A stretch of 63,614 nucleotides of DNA, counting the filler, from Stramenopiles sp. TOSAG23-3 (lineage: Eukaryota), in the NCBI GenBank assembly GCA_900128585.1. It is 13 parts of 13 records of this genome, joined end to end, with 100 filler letters (N's around TTAATTAATTAA, not from the genome) between each part and the next. Parts side by side here need not be neighbours in the genome. Positions count along the whole stretch, not along the records: positions 39,180 to 44,661 come from LT643515.1; positions 44,762 to 50,243 come from LT643516.1; positions 50,344 to 55,823 come from LT643517.1; 10 more parts are not named here. One strand, written 5' to 3'. Both the position numbers and the translations under genes were made by a program. Shown here piece after piece: positions 43,501-54,408 of this stretch. Each line of letters starts with the position of its first letter. Positions within the stretch are counted from its first letter, which is position 1. Below the pieces are notes generated by a model. It saw nothing but the letters and a program-made list of their open reading frames with translations, did not search any database and was not told where the DNA came from.

Positions 43501-44661
43501 CGTAATAGCGTACGCTATACTTCCCGCTATAATTACAGCATTTCTGGGCGACAGCGAACTGGACTTAAAATTCGTGATTGTCCGGGTGTCTTCCATCGCC
43601 TTTTTCATTGCTTCCTTTTCGCAGTTGCCGTTAGCAGTGCTGGCCTTTCCTCTTCTAAAGACATTGGGTTTTTCCAAAGAGACCAGTGCTTCAATACAGT
43701 TGCCTTCGTCTTTGTTCCTTGAAGATGGTGAATCGCAGTCTGTTTCAAGAACACCAGCTAATTCTGCAATAATGAGATCAGCGACAAAATCAAAGACTCC
43801 TGCAGCTTCTTTGCGTGAAATGCCACTCCCACCGGCAGTGAGCAACGTGAGTATGGTTTCGTAATATGCGCTTTCGTTGGTAAGAATGCGATCTGAACCA
43901 ATAAGGGCATCAAATGTTTTAGACAAACCGCAACGTTCGTTTCTCGCCTTGCACAAACTGTCCGTACAATGTCTCACAGATTGGCAAGTGCCATTGCAAG
44001 GAAGCATGACGATATTGCAGATAATGTTCTCTGCAAACGCAGAGCACGGCGCGTCGCCACCACCACCAAAACTGCTTATTAAAGAAAACAATTTGTGAAT
44101 CAAAAAGTCAATTCGTTCAGGAGTGCTATCTAATTTCCACAGCGGGTGTATTTCCCGTGCAATTGGTGTATTTCCCGATTCACTCTTCATGCACGACATT
44201 GTAAATGTATTTGTCTGCGTGATTATGTGGCATTGTTTTGTGTCATAATCTTTCTTTATGCCGGAAATTTGACTTTCTACCCTCGGTTCTTCAAACGGCC
44301 CCGGGAACAGGACAAGTAACACTATAAGCATGCATAAGAATGAAGGAAAGAACGGCCGTAACGACTTTGGCCGAATCTTTGCCTCCTGGAATTGCTGGAC
44401 AACGTGAACTGCAATGCTTGAAAACACACACGTAATGGATAAGAAGCCGATAATTGTCTTCTGAAACATCGTTTTGTCCACCGTCGCCTTCACTACTGCG
44501 ACAAACAATGCGGTTACGAGGAAGAGGAAAATACATGTAGTTCGCAAGGAACATTCTGTCCCGAGGGTTTTGTTCAACACTGACAGTCGCTTCCGCTTCC
44601 GTCCTTTTCCACCTTTTCTACCCTCATGTTTCTTGTACAGAGGGTTCATGTAGAGAGTGCC
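40557..44661 (-). CDS. Multi-TM receptor-like protein with Frizzled-CRD-like domain and C-terminal LRRs; split into two ORFs at about 43070
   Basis: ORF 43045-44649 (TMs, Cys-rich CRD-like block) overlaps ORF 40557-43070 (TMs, then many LxxLxLxxNxL repeats) by 26 nt; removing one T from ATTTTTG fuses the frames. Confidence 0.65.
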
Positions 44662-44761
44662 NNNNNNNNNNNNNNNNNNNNNNNNNNNNNNNNNNNNNNN
44701 NNNNNTTAATTAATTAANNNNNNNNNNNNNNNNNNNNNNNNNNNNNNNNNNNNNNNNNNNN

Positions 44762-44973
44762 ATGGAATGTGCCACCAGGTTTTGGCATCTCTGTCCGTAT
44801 GGGGAAACAATGTGCGCCACTGGTTCCACTACGGCTGTTATAAAAGTGAAGTGTACGGTGCCATGGAACTCATTCGTCCGTGCCCGTCGCATGTTATTTG
44901 CGCACAAATGGCAGATTTTGAAAAGAAGACTTTCTGCAAGAAGCTAGACCAAGACAAGCTGATGGATGCGTAA
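44762..44973 (+). CDS. 3' end of secreted saposin-like protein, paralogue of 47532-48074
   Basis: 49 of 56 residues are identical to the 47532-48074 product over CHQVL..FC; 5' truncated at contig start. Confidence 0.85.
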
Positions 44974-46054
44974 GCGCGTGCGTGAGATGACACAAGGTAT
45001 ATTTAGATAGACTCATTAGTTAAATCTGTTAAATTAAATACAACTTCGAAGGCACTACTTCCTGACCCTTTCGCATTTCCGAAGCTTTGGAACCCTTTCC
45101 TAGATTTTTTATTTCACAACTACCGTCTCTCCTCCTTTACTATTGCTATGTTATATTTATCTATCTGTGTGTATAAAATATAAGTATTTATAATTGTAAT
45201 GTATTCTTTTTAAAGGTAATTAGCATCCATTCTTTCCTATTTCTTCTTTTTGTTTTTACCGTGTAGCTGGTAGGTGGTAAGTAATTTACAATGAGATTAG
45301 AGATTATGGTATGTGTGTGTGTGTGATCAAAAGAGCCTTTTTTTTATACTTTTTTTTCGTGTTTGTTTTTACAGCTCTATAGTATTAGTGTGATGTGGAA
45401 TATTATACTGAAGCAAATAAATAATTCCGATAATTCCCCACTTCTTCTTTCACTTCTTCGAATCCCCAATGCTATTTTCTTGTTGTTCATCTGATGCTCT
45501 GTGTACCTTGTATTAATTATTACCTTCTAATTACCCATCATCATCACAGAAAGAAGAAAGAGAAAAAGAGAAAATAATAATAAAAAATAATAATAAATAA
45601 TAAAAATATAATTATTAGTCGTCTAGATCTATTGTAATAGGTCTATAATAATACTTGGTACAACAATAAAATAATAATAATAAAATAAAAAAAAAATGAA
45701 TGAATAATTAATAAAAAAATAACAACAACTAAAAAAAATAATATAATAGTCGTCAATAATAATACGCTTCTTCTTCTTCTTTTCAATCTACAATTAATAT
45801 TTGAGATCCGGTAGTAGTATGCATTGGATACGTATTTAAAATCTGTACGACAATTCTTTTATCTGTCGAGTCCTGAATTGTTCTCAGAAATTATTTTTTT
45901 TGGATTGGTGAGTGATTATTTTTTTGTGCAAATGAAACAAAAGCTTGCACCTGTGAAATAAAATTTGGAAAAGTAATAGCCCGCAGGGACTGCCGCGGTT
46001 GCTGGATCTCCTCCAGCATTTTTGTTTTGAAAGCTGAATAAGTTCGAAAGCGTT

Positions 46055-46941
46055 ATGCTACTGTCGCGGCGACACTGCGTTGCCAGTTGCAAATGGTTAA
46101 TGGGGACACCAAGACAACCGCCCAACTGGTGCCCACCGAGGACATGCGTTTTCCCGTTTTCTACCGAATCGTCGACTGCGGGTGAAAACGGTGATCTTCC
46201 CTGCAACATTTACCCTTCGAGAGTATTGAAATTCACAGACCCACCAACGGCACGGCCGTACCCTACTGTTTTTACTTTGCCAGGGGTGTCGTCACAGCCG
46301 TTTTATGACGGAAAAGATTTTTCTTTTGCGGGCCATATAACCCCCGGCCTGATTGATTCAATGCGCTCAGAATGCATTAATCTTCGGGAAACGACGGAAT
46401 CCGACTACAAGATTGGGGACTCCGAGCATACGTTGCATGGGGGTAAATGGGAATGGCACAGCTACATGTTGAAAGGTGAAATTCAAAATTCGTTCAAAGA
46501 TAATTGTCCTATTACCACCAACTTTCTGGAGAACATTACAGAGCTGCAAAAGGACATTCGTAAGTATTTCTTTTCCCCAAATGCCAACAATCAACCACTG
46601 TCGTGCCGCTAACAGCCGTGCCGTTTTTGCCTTTTCCAGCATTCGCATACAGTTTTTTCTCCACGTTGATGCCCAACTCCGACATCGAAGCTCACTGTGG
46701 CCCGACGAATCTGCGTCTTCGGTGTCACCTACCTCTAATTGTGCCTTCGGACTGTGGCATAGTGGTCGCAGGGGAAGCAAGGGAGTGGAAAGAGGGGGAG
46801 TTGATGGTATTTGATGATGCCTACGAACATTACGTGTTTCACAAGGGAACAGACATTTGGCACCCAGACGTTGAAGAGGGCGAGCGTGCGGGTATAGTAG
46901 ATATGTTTGTAGCGGCAAAACAGCAGGGCTGGTTAAAATAG
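46055..46941 (+). CDS. Aspartyl/asparaginyl beta-hydroxylase family (2OG-Fe(II) oxygenase); exons 46055-46559 and 46640-46941
   Basis: Intron 46560-46639 (GTAAGT..GCTAAC..TTCCAG) joins the frames to give KDIPFAYSFFSTL..IEAHCGPTNLRLRCHLPL..FDDAYEH..DIWHP. Confidence 0.88.
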
Positions 46942-47531
46942 AGCGCAGTACTCGCCAGGTAGGCTCTGTTCCCTCTTCCTTTCTCTTAAATTTAAAGCTA
47001 CGAACAGCGAGATTTTTTTAACTAAAAGTAAAATAGAGAGATAAATTAAATTTAGAAACTTAACCGCTGACCCCATTATTTTGTAAATCAAAAATTTAGC
47101 TCATTCCGCGTCCCAGTGAACTCTTGCCCCCACGCACGTCCTCCCCCGTCGTCAGTCAGTAGGTAATCCGTGCGAGGTTGAACATTGAAGGCCACGGCAG
47201 GTCAATTCAGGCAAGATTGGCTCGAGATTATAAACAGCGGGCGCGAAGGGAGCGCAGTTTGGGGTGTGCTTTTTTAATGCGCGCGTGAGCGTGCATATTC
47301 TTAGAGAAATTTTAACAGGTAGCTACATACGAGTAACATTATAAACAGTACCGCGCTCTTTACTGAAAAAGTCTCTTAAAATACGTGTACACCATTTTAA
47401 AGCGTGCAATATATATATTGGTCTAAAGGCATAACCTTTGTCCTAATCCATCGGTCCTTCCTTCTCGTGCATATTTTCAAGACTTCTCCGTCTTTAACTG
47501 GCTATTTTTACTAACAAACAAACCCTCCTCT

Positions 47532-48074
47532 TTATTTACCTGGCGCAAGTTTGTCTTGCGGCACTTTGTCGCAAAACGGTTTCTTGGCAAAGTCGGCCAT
47601 TTGACTGCAGATAATATGAGATGGGCACGGACGAATAAGTTCCATAGCTCCGTAACTTTCGGCTTTGTAGCAGCCATAATGTAACCAATGGCGAACATTG
47701 TTTCCCCACACAGACAGTGAGGCTAGAACTTGGTGGCAGACTCCGTATGCTTCTTTACCCGCGGATTCTCCTTCTTTGGAGAAGATTTCCACGCAAATGC
47801 TTGGCAGCAAATACTGGTACCCTTGCTTGATGCGTTCAAGCACGTAAACGCAGTTCTGACAAGTATCCATTCCCCCAGTAACTTTCATTTGACTCTTTTG
47901 TTCGGTTGAGGTTTCAATCAATGCCATGGCTTCGCCCGATTTGCCAAGGAAGTCGAGCCCAGTCATTTTAGAAACATCCATTGCACCACTACGTAAAGTT
48001 TTGGTTGGTTTCAAGTCCCCGGCATTGGCGCTGGCGGCAAGAGCAACTATCAGAAGTACTGCGTAAAGCTTCAT
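47532..48074 (-). CDS. Secreted saposin-like protein with pro-region
   Basis: Signal peptide; about 50-aa linker; CQNC..PSIC..GVC..PSHIIC..FC gives a six-Cys saposin-type spacing plus two extra Cys. Confidence 0.7.
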   Translation of the reverse strand: MKLYAVLLIVALAASANAGDLKPTKTLRSGAMDVSKMTGLDFLGKSGEAMALIETSTEQKSQMKVTGGMDTCQNCVYVLERIKQGYQYLLPSICVEIFSKEGESAGKEAYGVCHQVLASLSVWGNNVRHWLHYGCYKAESYGAMELIRPCPSHIICSQMADFAKKPFCDKVPQDKLAPGK

Positions 48075-50715
48075 CGTTGTCTTTCTTTTGTTTATCCGTA
48101 TAATTCGTACAGGGAATTAATTCGATATGACTATCTTTCTCTGTTTCGCAAACTGTGCAAACGCTTAAAATGTTTCCTTCCAATTCTTCCGCGCGATTCT
48201 ATCGTTCGAATATGTTTCGTCAATGACTTACTCGTTCCACTCGTTCATTACTTTGTTCCACTCATACATTCGTGTGTTTCGATTTTATTGATGAAAAGAA
48301 TCTCTTTCCCTTACTGTGTACATGTTTGCTTTTCCTTTGTTCATTTCTTTCTTATTATTTTTATTTAAATACATTACACAGTATACAGTAATGATTGATC
48401 ATATATGCTTCAATGCTTTCCTAATTAAGGGTATATATGTAGATATATTCACCATGATGAAATACAATTATATACTATAACACTATAATATAAAATTATC
48501 CCATTGTTAGTGTTTTAACTATATTTATTATACATATTCCTTAATTATAAACAAAGGCTTAATTCTACTTACTATATAGACAAGCTAATCAGAAGGTTCA
48601 CCTCCCCCCCACTTTTGTGAACAATAATTTTCTTTCTTTCTTTTCTTCTTTCTTTCTTTTCATATTTTAATTCTATTATAAAGAATTTCGTATACTTTTT
48701 ATTCATATAACTGACTATAAGTAAAATACAATAGGTGCTATATTCATACTAATTCTACAATTTGTTGTATAGATAAAGCTATTCCAATATTTAGAGATTC
48801 ATACATTCCTTTCTATGTGGTTGATCCGCTGATCCTTCCTTCCTTCCCCCCCCCCCACTATTTGGAAGATAGGTCTCTACAGAAATAGCCATTTAACTCC
48901 TCAATATATGAAAAATTAAGAATAAGGTTAGTAGGTAGGTGTACATGTGAGGCGTTGTCTGTATGTTCTATTTTAAAGTCCTAGACTCTGTAGAATATGA
49001 AATCGGTACTTCTTCCATTTGATTAGCTATTAAATTAAACCTTAATTTGCGAAGCAACGAAATGACTCATAAATTTGAAGAGGGGCAGCATTTGTGACGA
49101 CGAGGCTTTGAAGAATAATTGTAATTGTAAATCTGAATAGACTATAGGTAATATTCCTATATATTGTATAGCATTAAATATTAGTTAGACAGTATACATT
49201 ATAGTGTATTCTGAATATGGACGAAGGAAATGGATGGTCGATAGGTAGAGCTGAAATATATAGATATATATATATAGGAATATCATCAACGGTGTGATCC
49301 TGTAATTTGTCATCTGCTGACGTTCTTTTCACGCGCGAAGGCATGTCGTTACCTATTGAAAAAGTACTATGAGTTGCAATTTTAATTATTTTATTTACAA
49401 TAATTATATGACTACATCGATACTTTGTCCTATTAGTATTGAACATGCAAAAAACTGTCCAAAAATTCAACGTATTCATTCTTACATATACACAACACTG
49501 ACGATATCGAAATGCTGTGTCCCTGTCTATTATTCAAACTTTCCTTTCGGTAAAAAGTGAACAGATTTGGTTGAAATAATAGGTGCAGTTTCTAAATCAT
49601 ACTTATTTGTTTCTTAGAATACTCAGCGTGATCCTATTCTCCTGGAGAAGCGTTAATTTGTCGTTATTTTTTCCCCGTGTCTTTGGTATGCTGTTGTAAT
49701 ATAAATTAACGTAATGGTACAAATATATTCTTTTATTTGTAATTGTTTTATACTTAATATCAAACTGATTGTAATTGTATCCAACGTTATTAAATACATT
49801 TAACCATTATATTTAGTATTTATATTCCTATCAATTGACTACAAAAATAGGGAACACCCTAGACATTTAATACAGGTACAGACCATTAAGATAAGTATAT
49901 TTTTAGTTCCAGAGAGTTTTGGAAATCAAATAAATTTAAAGCGATGTTGTCATCAGTATTTCATTTTGTTTTAAATGCTCTGTTCTTATTAAAATCTTAT
50001 TCTAGTAAAATCAAATCAAAATAAAATAACTGAAAATATAGGTATTCAAGGCTATGTACCTATTAATTAGTCTCTATGAATAGACATTTCCTTATTTGGA
50101 ATAATAATAATATAGATAGGTAATATACACCCTTATTGAATACAATTTATTACAATACAAGTATAAACAAAAGTATAAAATATATACAAGTATATAATAT
50201 AGTATACTACTACTGCCTATGTTTTTAGTAAAGAAAACGAATGNNNNNNNNNNNNNNNNNNNNNNNNNNNNNNNNNNNNNNNNNNNNTTAATTAATTAAN
50301 NNNNNNNNNNNNNNNNNNNNNNNNNNNNNNNNNNNNNNNNNNNTGTTTCGGGTTGGTATTTCTTCAATAGTCTTGACCAGAACTTGGCCAGAATAAGACT
50401 TCTGGTATTCATCATTCAAACTATCATAAAATTGTTTGAGACAGCGGCTGTTATTGTTTTGTAGATGCCTGGCTCTATCCCAAAACGTATTATGATGATC
50501 GTAAATGATGAATTTCTTTCATGTCGGATACATAAACCTGCGTAAATGTATATTTCATTTTTAAAAAACTCAACAACAAAAAAAGACAGGTAAAACCGTT
50601 CAAGAACCCACACTCCTCCTTGTTCCAGAATACCGAAAAAATAATGTTAAATTTCATTTAAATATCTCGTATCTAATTCTTATTTTAAGGTTGTTAAAAA
50701 CTTCCGTTGTTCCTC

Positions 50716-51678
50716 TTACTGCACTTTTTTTCTTCTTCCTCCTAGCTTTGAAGAGGATGAGGTCGTCTCCAGCACAATTCCCTCGGTACCGAGGGCACCG
50801 TGAGCGATGAAAACAAGACTGCTAAAGTACAGGGACAGGACAGAGAATGGACGATTCGTCTGTTCCACGAACTTGGCATACCCCAAAATCGAATCGGACA
50901 TTACGAACAAAACAGTTCCCACAAAGTAAGAGGGCAAACTAGACAGTCCGTTCCCAGCCGGCACCACAGTTCCAGCGCCCGCCGCGTCGTCTTCCGGCGG
51001 TGGTGCGCGAACCAGGGATCGCAAAAAGCGGGACTGCCCAGTGGTCAGTGCCACGGACGAATTCTCCAACGCCGATATCGCCCGCCTTTCCAATCGAAAA
51101 ATTCGAATCGAGTGGAAGAACATGGTTCCGATCACAGCAGAATAGACACTGACTCCAATTTTCAAAGGGACTGGCCCAATCGACGGGACCAGCGTGTACA
51201 TCATGGACCCGCAGAAGGCGCAAACAAGCGCGAACGGCCACCAGCTCGGCTCTGCCGCGGAAATGTCACTGGACCCGAACGTAGCGGAGGAAGACAGTCG
51301 GGAAAGGTTCCCGTGCTTATATTGAAACCCCATGGTAAAGAACAGGTGCCCGACCAGGAAAAACGCGATCCCTGTCAGAAAATAGTTGTCGCCGTTTGCA
51401 GGAAAGGCAAGTTCAAGGCGCAACGCCGCATCGCCAAACGCGCAAAAGAGCAACCCAATTCCAAAGATCTTTGGATAAAAGGCAAAGAAAGGATTTGCAC
51501 CAGAAGATGTGACAACGTGGTAGGATAAATATAGCGCAGGAAGTGCTTTCGTCAATGCAATTACTTGGGGTTTGACAATGTCAAAATTCCCGTCTGCGAT
51601 TTCCGTTGAAATGTACAAACCAATCATGACCATAGTTTTTACAAACAGGCTAGTGCGCGACTCTGGAGGAGAAGCCAT
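50716..51678 (-). CDS. YhhN/TMEM86 (lysoplasmalogenase-like) membrane protein
   Basis: TKALP, GLLFCAFGDAAL, FLTGIAFFLVGHLFF, VSVYSAVI..M and GTVLFVMSDSIL motifs. Confidence 0.88.
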   Translation of the reverse strand: MASPPESRTSLFVKTMVMIGLYISTEIADGNFDIVKPQVIALTKALPALYLSYHVVTSSGANPFFAFYPKIFGIGLLFCAFGDAALRLELAFPANGDNYFLTGIAFFLVGHLFFTMGFQYKHGNLSRLSSSATFGSSDISAAEPSWWPFALVCAFCGSMMYTLVPSIGPVPLKIGVSVYSAVIGTMFFHSIRIFRLERRAISALENSSVALTTGQSRFLRSLVRAPPPEDDAAGAGTVVPAGNGLSSLPSYFVGTVLFVMSDSILGYAKFVEQTNRPFSVLSLYFSSLVFIAHGALGTEGIVLETTSSSSKLGGRRKKVQ

Positions 51679-52384
51679 GTCGAGTGGTGCCACTGACGAT
51701 CAAAGAACGTTTCTTCTGGTCCAACAACAACAACAAACGGGGAAAGTTCGGGTATCCTAGTCAATCTTACTTTGCTCTTTCTTTCCTATTAATTTTCAAA
51801 TAATATACCCAGAGAAATTTAAAAGAATTCACAGACAACGAGCCCCTTTTAAACATTTATGCCGCTGTGTACTTTTAAGACCAATCAATTGGAATCTTGA
51901 CCAGAACTTGGGGAGGATCTGCAATTTCTTTAATTTTAATTACTATAAAATATATAACAACAGCCAATATTTTTCTTGTTTTTGTTGTTGAAAAAAGAAG
52001 AATTCAATCAATATAATATGAAATACGATGATGGATGAAAGACTGGTCGGTCAACAACCAAGAAGAACAACCGGTTCCACGGTTCGTACCTGGTAGATCT
52101 ATAATAATAGTAGGTACCTCGGTACTTGGTTATTATTAATATAATATTACACTCTGAACACCACTCTCCTCACAATATCTTTTTTCTTCTTTTTTTTTTT
52201 CAAAAAAAATAATATCATCTCATCAATTTTCAAACTTCAACATTTTGGCAACAAAAAAGCATAGTCTAGGATCATCAAATACAAAACTGAAGGTTTGTAC
52301 GTATTATTGAATTAATTGCTGTCATTATGCGCTAATTTCTTGTGACTTCTCCACGTGCGTTTTACTTTCTGTCCGCGCTTCAGC

Positions 52385-53709
52385 ATGCCGACGCACAGGC
52401 GTTGCCTTTGGTTCACTTCCATTTTTCTTGCGGTATCGTCCGCTCTGGTCGGTGAGATCGCTGCCACTTCGCAAAATTCCCCGTGCCCGAATGGCGCCGA
52501 TTGTATGGCCTTGGTGGCACTGTACAAGTCGCTTACGTTTGCGGGGTCCGGAAAACGGTTGCCTTGGCCGGTCACCGAGAGTGGAAACGTCGGCCCTTTG
52601 GCCCCAACATACTGTGAGTGGGAATACATTCAGTGTGACGAGCAAAACGTTCGGGTCGCCACACTGAACTTGAAGAATTTGCAACTCCAGGGGGAATTGC
52701 CCAACGAGATAGGCCTTTTTGGACATGCGAAAGAAATATACCTATATGCAAACGAAGTTAGCGGGGCAATACCTTCGTCTATTGGAAATTTAACTTATTT
52801 AACCGATTTAGAGTTGGACATGAACCTCTTCGGAGGCAGTTTGCCGGAGTCGCTGGGAGACCTGAAAAACCTGACGTACTTGAGTTTCGGGTACAATAAA
52901 CTGACCGGTCCAATACCAAAAAGCCTCGGCCGTCTTAGTAAGTAGCCCGTTGCCGTGCATGCTCTCGTTGCTAGTCCATCGTAATCTAACATAAAAATCT
53001 CACCATAGCCAATTTGCGCACTTTAAAGGGCGATTACAACCAGCTTCAAGGCAGTTTGCCCGAATCGCTGGGAAACATGAAGTCGCTGGTGTACTTGATT
53101 CTATCCTACAATCAATTGACCGGTCCAATACCGAAAAGCCTCGGTCAACTTGGTCAACTTTTTGACTTGGAGCTTCACAACAATTATTTAACGTCCATAC
53201 CTCCTACCCTTGGTGAGAACATGAAGAGTTTGACGTCGCTCTCTTTGGGATTTAACAAACTGAGCGGGCCTATTGCTAAGGAGCTGGCAAGTATACCGAA
53301 CTTGATCGCACTTTTTCTGGAGAACAACTTTCTGAACGGCAGCATTCCTGAGGAATTGGGGGGGGTGGCGAGTTTAAAACAGTTGGAGCTGGACCACAAC
53401 GCGTTGACAGGGTCAATTCCACAGTCCTTGCTCGATCTCCAGCATTTAGAAACCTTGCATTTGGGAAACAACAAGCTGTGCGGTGTGCTCCCGGCAGGCT
53501 TTGGCTACAATTTAACAGGTTCCATTGTTTCATTAGATATCTCCTACAACAGTTTTGACTCACCTCTGCCGCAATCTCTGGAATCCCTGGTTTGCAGTCT
53601 GCAGAATGTGACCAACTCGTCCGTGCAATGCCTGGCCCAAAAGAATCATTTCACGTCTCAAGATTGTCGCCAAAATCCTTGTGTTTCCAAATTTTGTGGA
53701 GCGTGTTGA
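52385..53709 (+). CDS. Secreted plant-type LRR protein (PGIP/RLP-like); exons 52385-52937 and 53009-53709
   Basis: Signal peptide; LRRNT-like (ALVALY..YCEWEYIQC); 24-aa LxxLxLxxNxLxGxIP repeats; intron 52938-53008 (GTAAGT..CTAAC..CATAG) restores the frame; no TM or kinase domain. Confidence 0.9.
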
Positions 53710-53809
53710 TGGGAAAGAAAGCTTGCGAGTCGTGCTAACAAATCGAGCGTAAGAATTTGCTTAAGAGAAATTAAAAAGTAAACGCAATTTTAAACGTCAA
53801 CAAATAATT

Positions 53810-54105
53810 TTTACAAAAATGATAATATGTATGATTTTTATGATTTTTATTAGTCATAGTCACGAATTGACCTTACAATTGAGATAATCTTGAGAGTCTT
53901 AAAACATACTTATGAAGAAAACAAATTTATATAGTAAATATGTGAATAATATGTATGATGTGATAGTCCAGACTAAGAGACAAGGAATATAAAAACAAGA
54001 AAATTGGCTCTGTTACAAGGATATATTTAGCGGAGATAAGTTCGCAGAGTATAATTACTACTAAGAATATAAATTTTTAAACAAGAAAATTGGCTGTTAA
54101 CCTAA
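53810..54105 (+). repeat. Composite of interspersed repeat modules (B, E, A, C, A); possible non-autonomous element
   Basis: Contains modules also found in other contigs; the E-C-A order recurs inverted at 38107-38260, including an exact 15-bp match GAGATAAGTTCGCAG (54033-54047 vs reverse complement of 38186-38200). Confidence 0.65.
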
Positions 54106-54408
54106 TTTTTTGTTTTTGTATTCATTGAGATATTTATTATATAATAAATTTTGATAAAAGTGAAAGAGTTGTGGTTTAAGACAACCTGGGCCTCTGCTCT
54201 CTGCGTTTGCGGTATGATACTTTTTCGTAGTATTATTGTTTTCCTATTTTTACTGTTTTGGCCAACGAGACGACGACTACCAGCGACCACAAATGCGGGT
54301 CCATCTGCGACTAGACGAAAGAATATTTTATTGTGTTCTATTTAAATTATTTACGCGTTCACAACCCTTTTTCGAACTTAAAATTCTTACGAAGCACTTC
54401 CTGCACCC

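Noticed and set aside
47100-47285. GC-rich intergenic island ending in a T-run, possible Pol III ncRNA
   Set aside because: No tRNA, U6, SRP or 5S hallmark recognised; could be a gene remnant. A covariance-model search would be needed.
48200-50243. 2-kb AT-rich stretch as possible viral or transposon insert
   Set aside because: No long ORF, terminal repeat or recognisable motif found.
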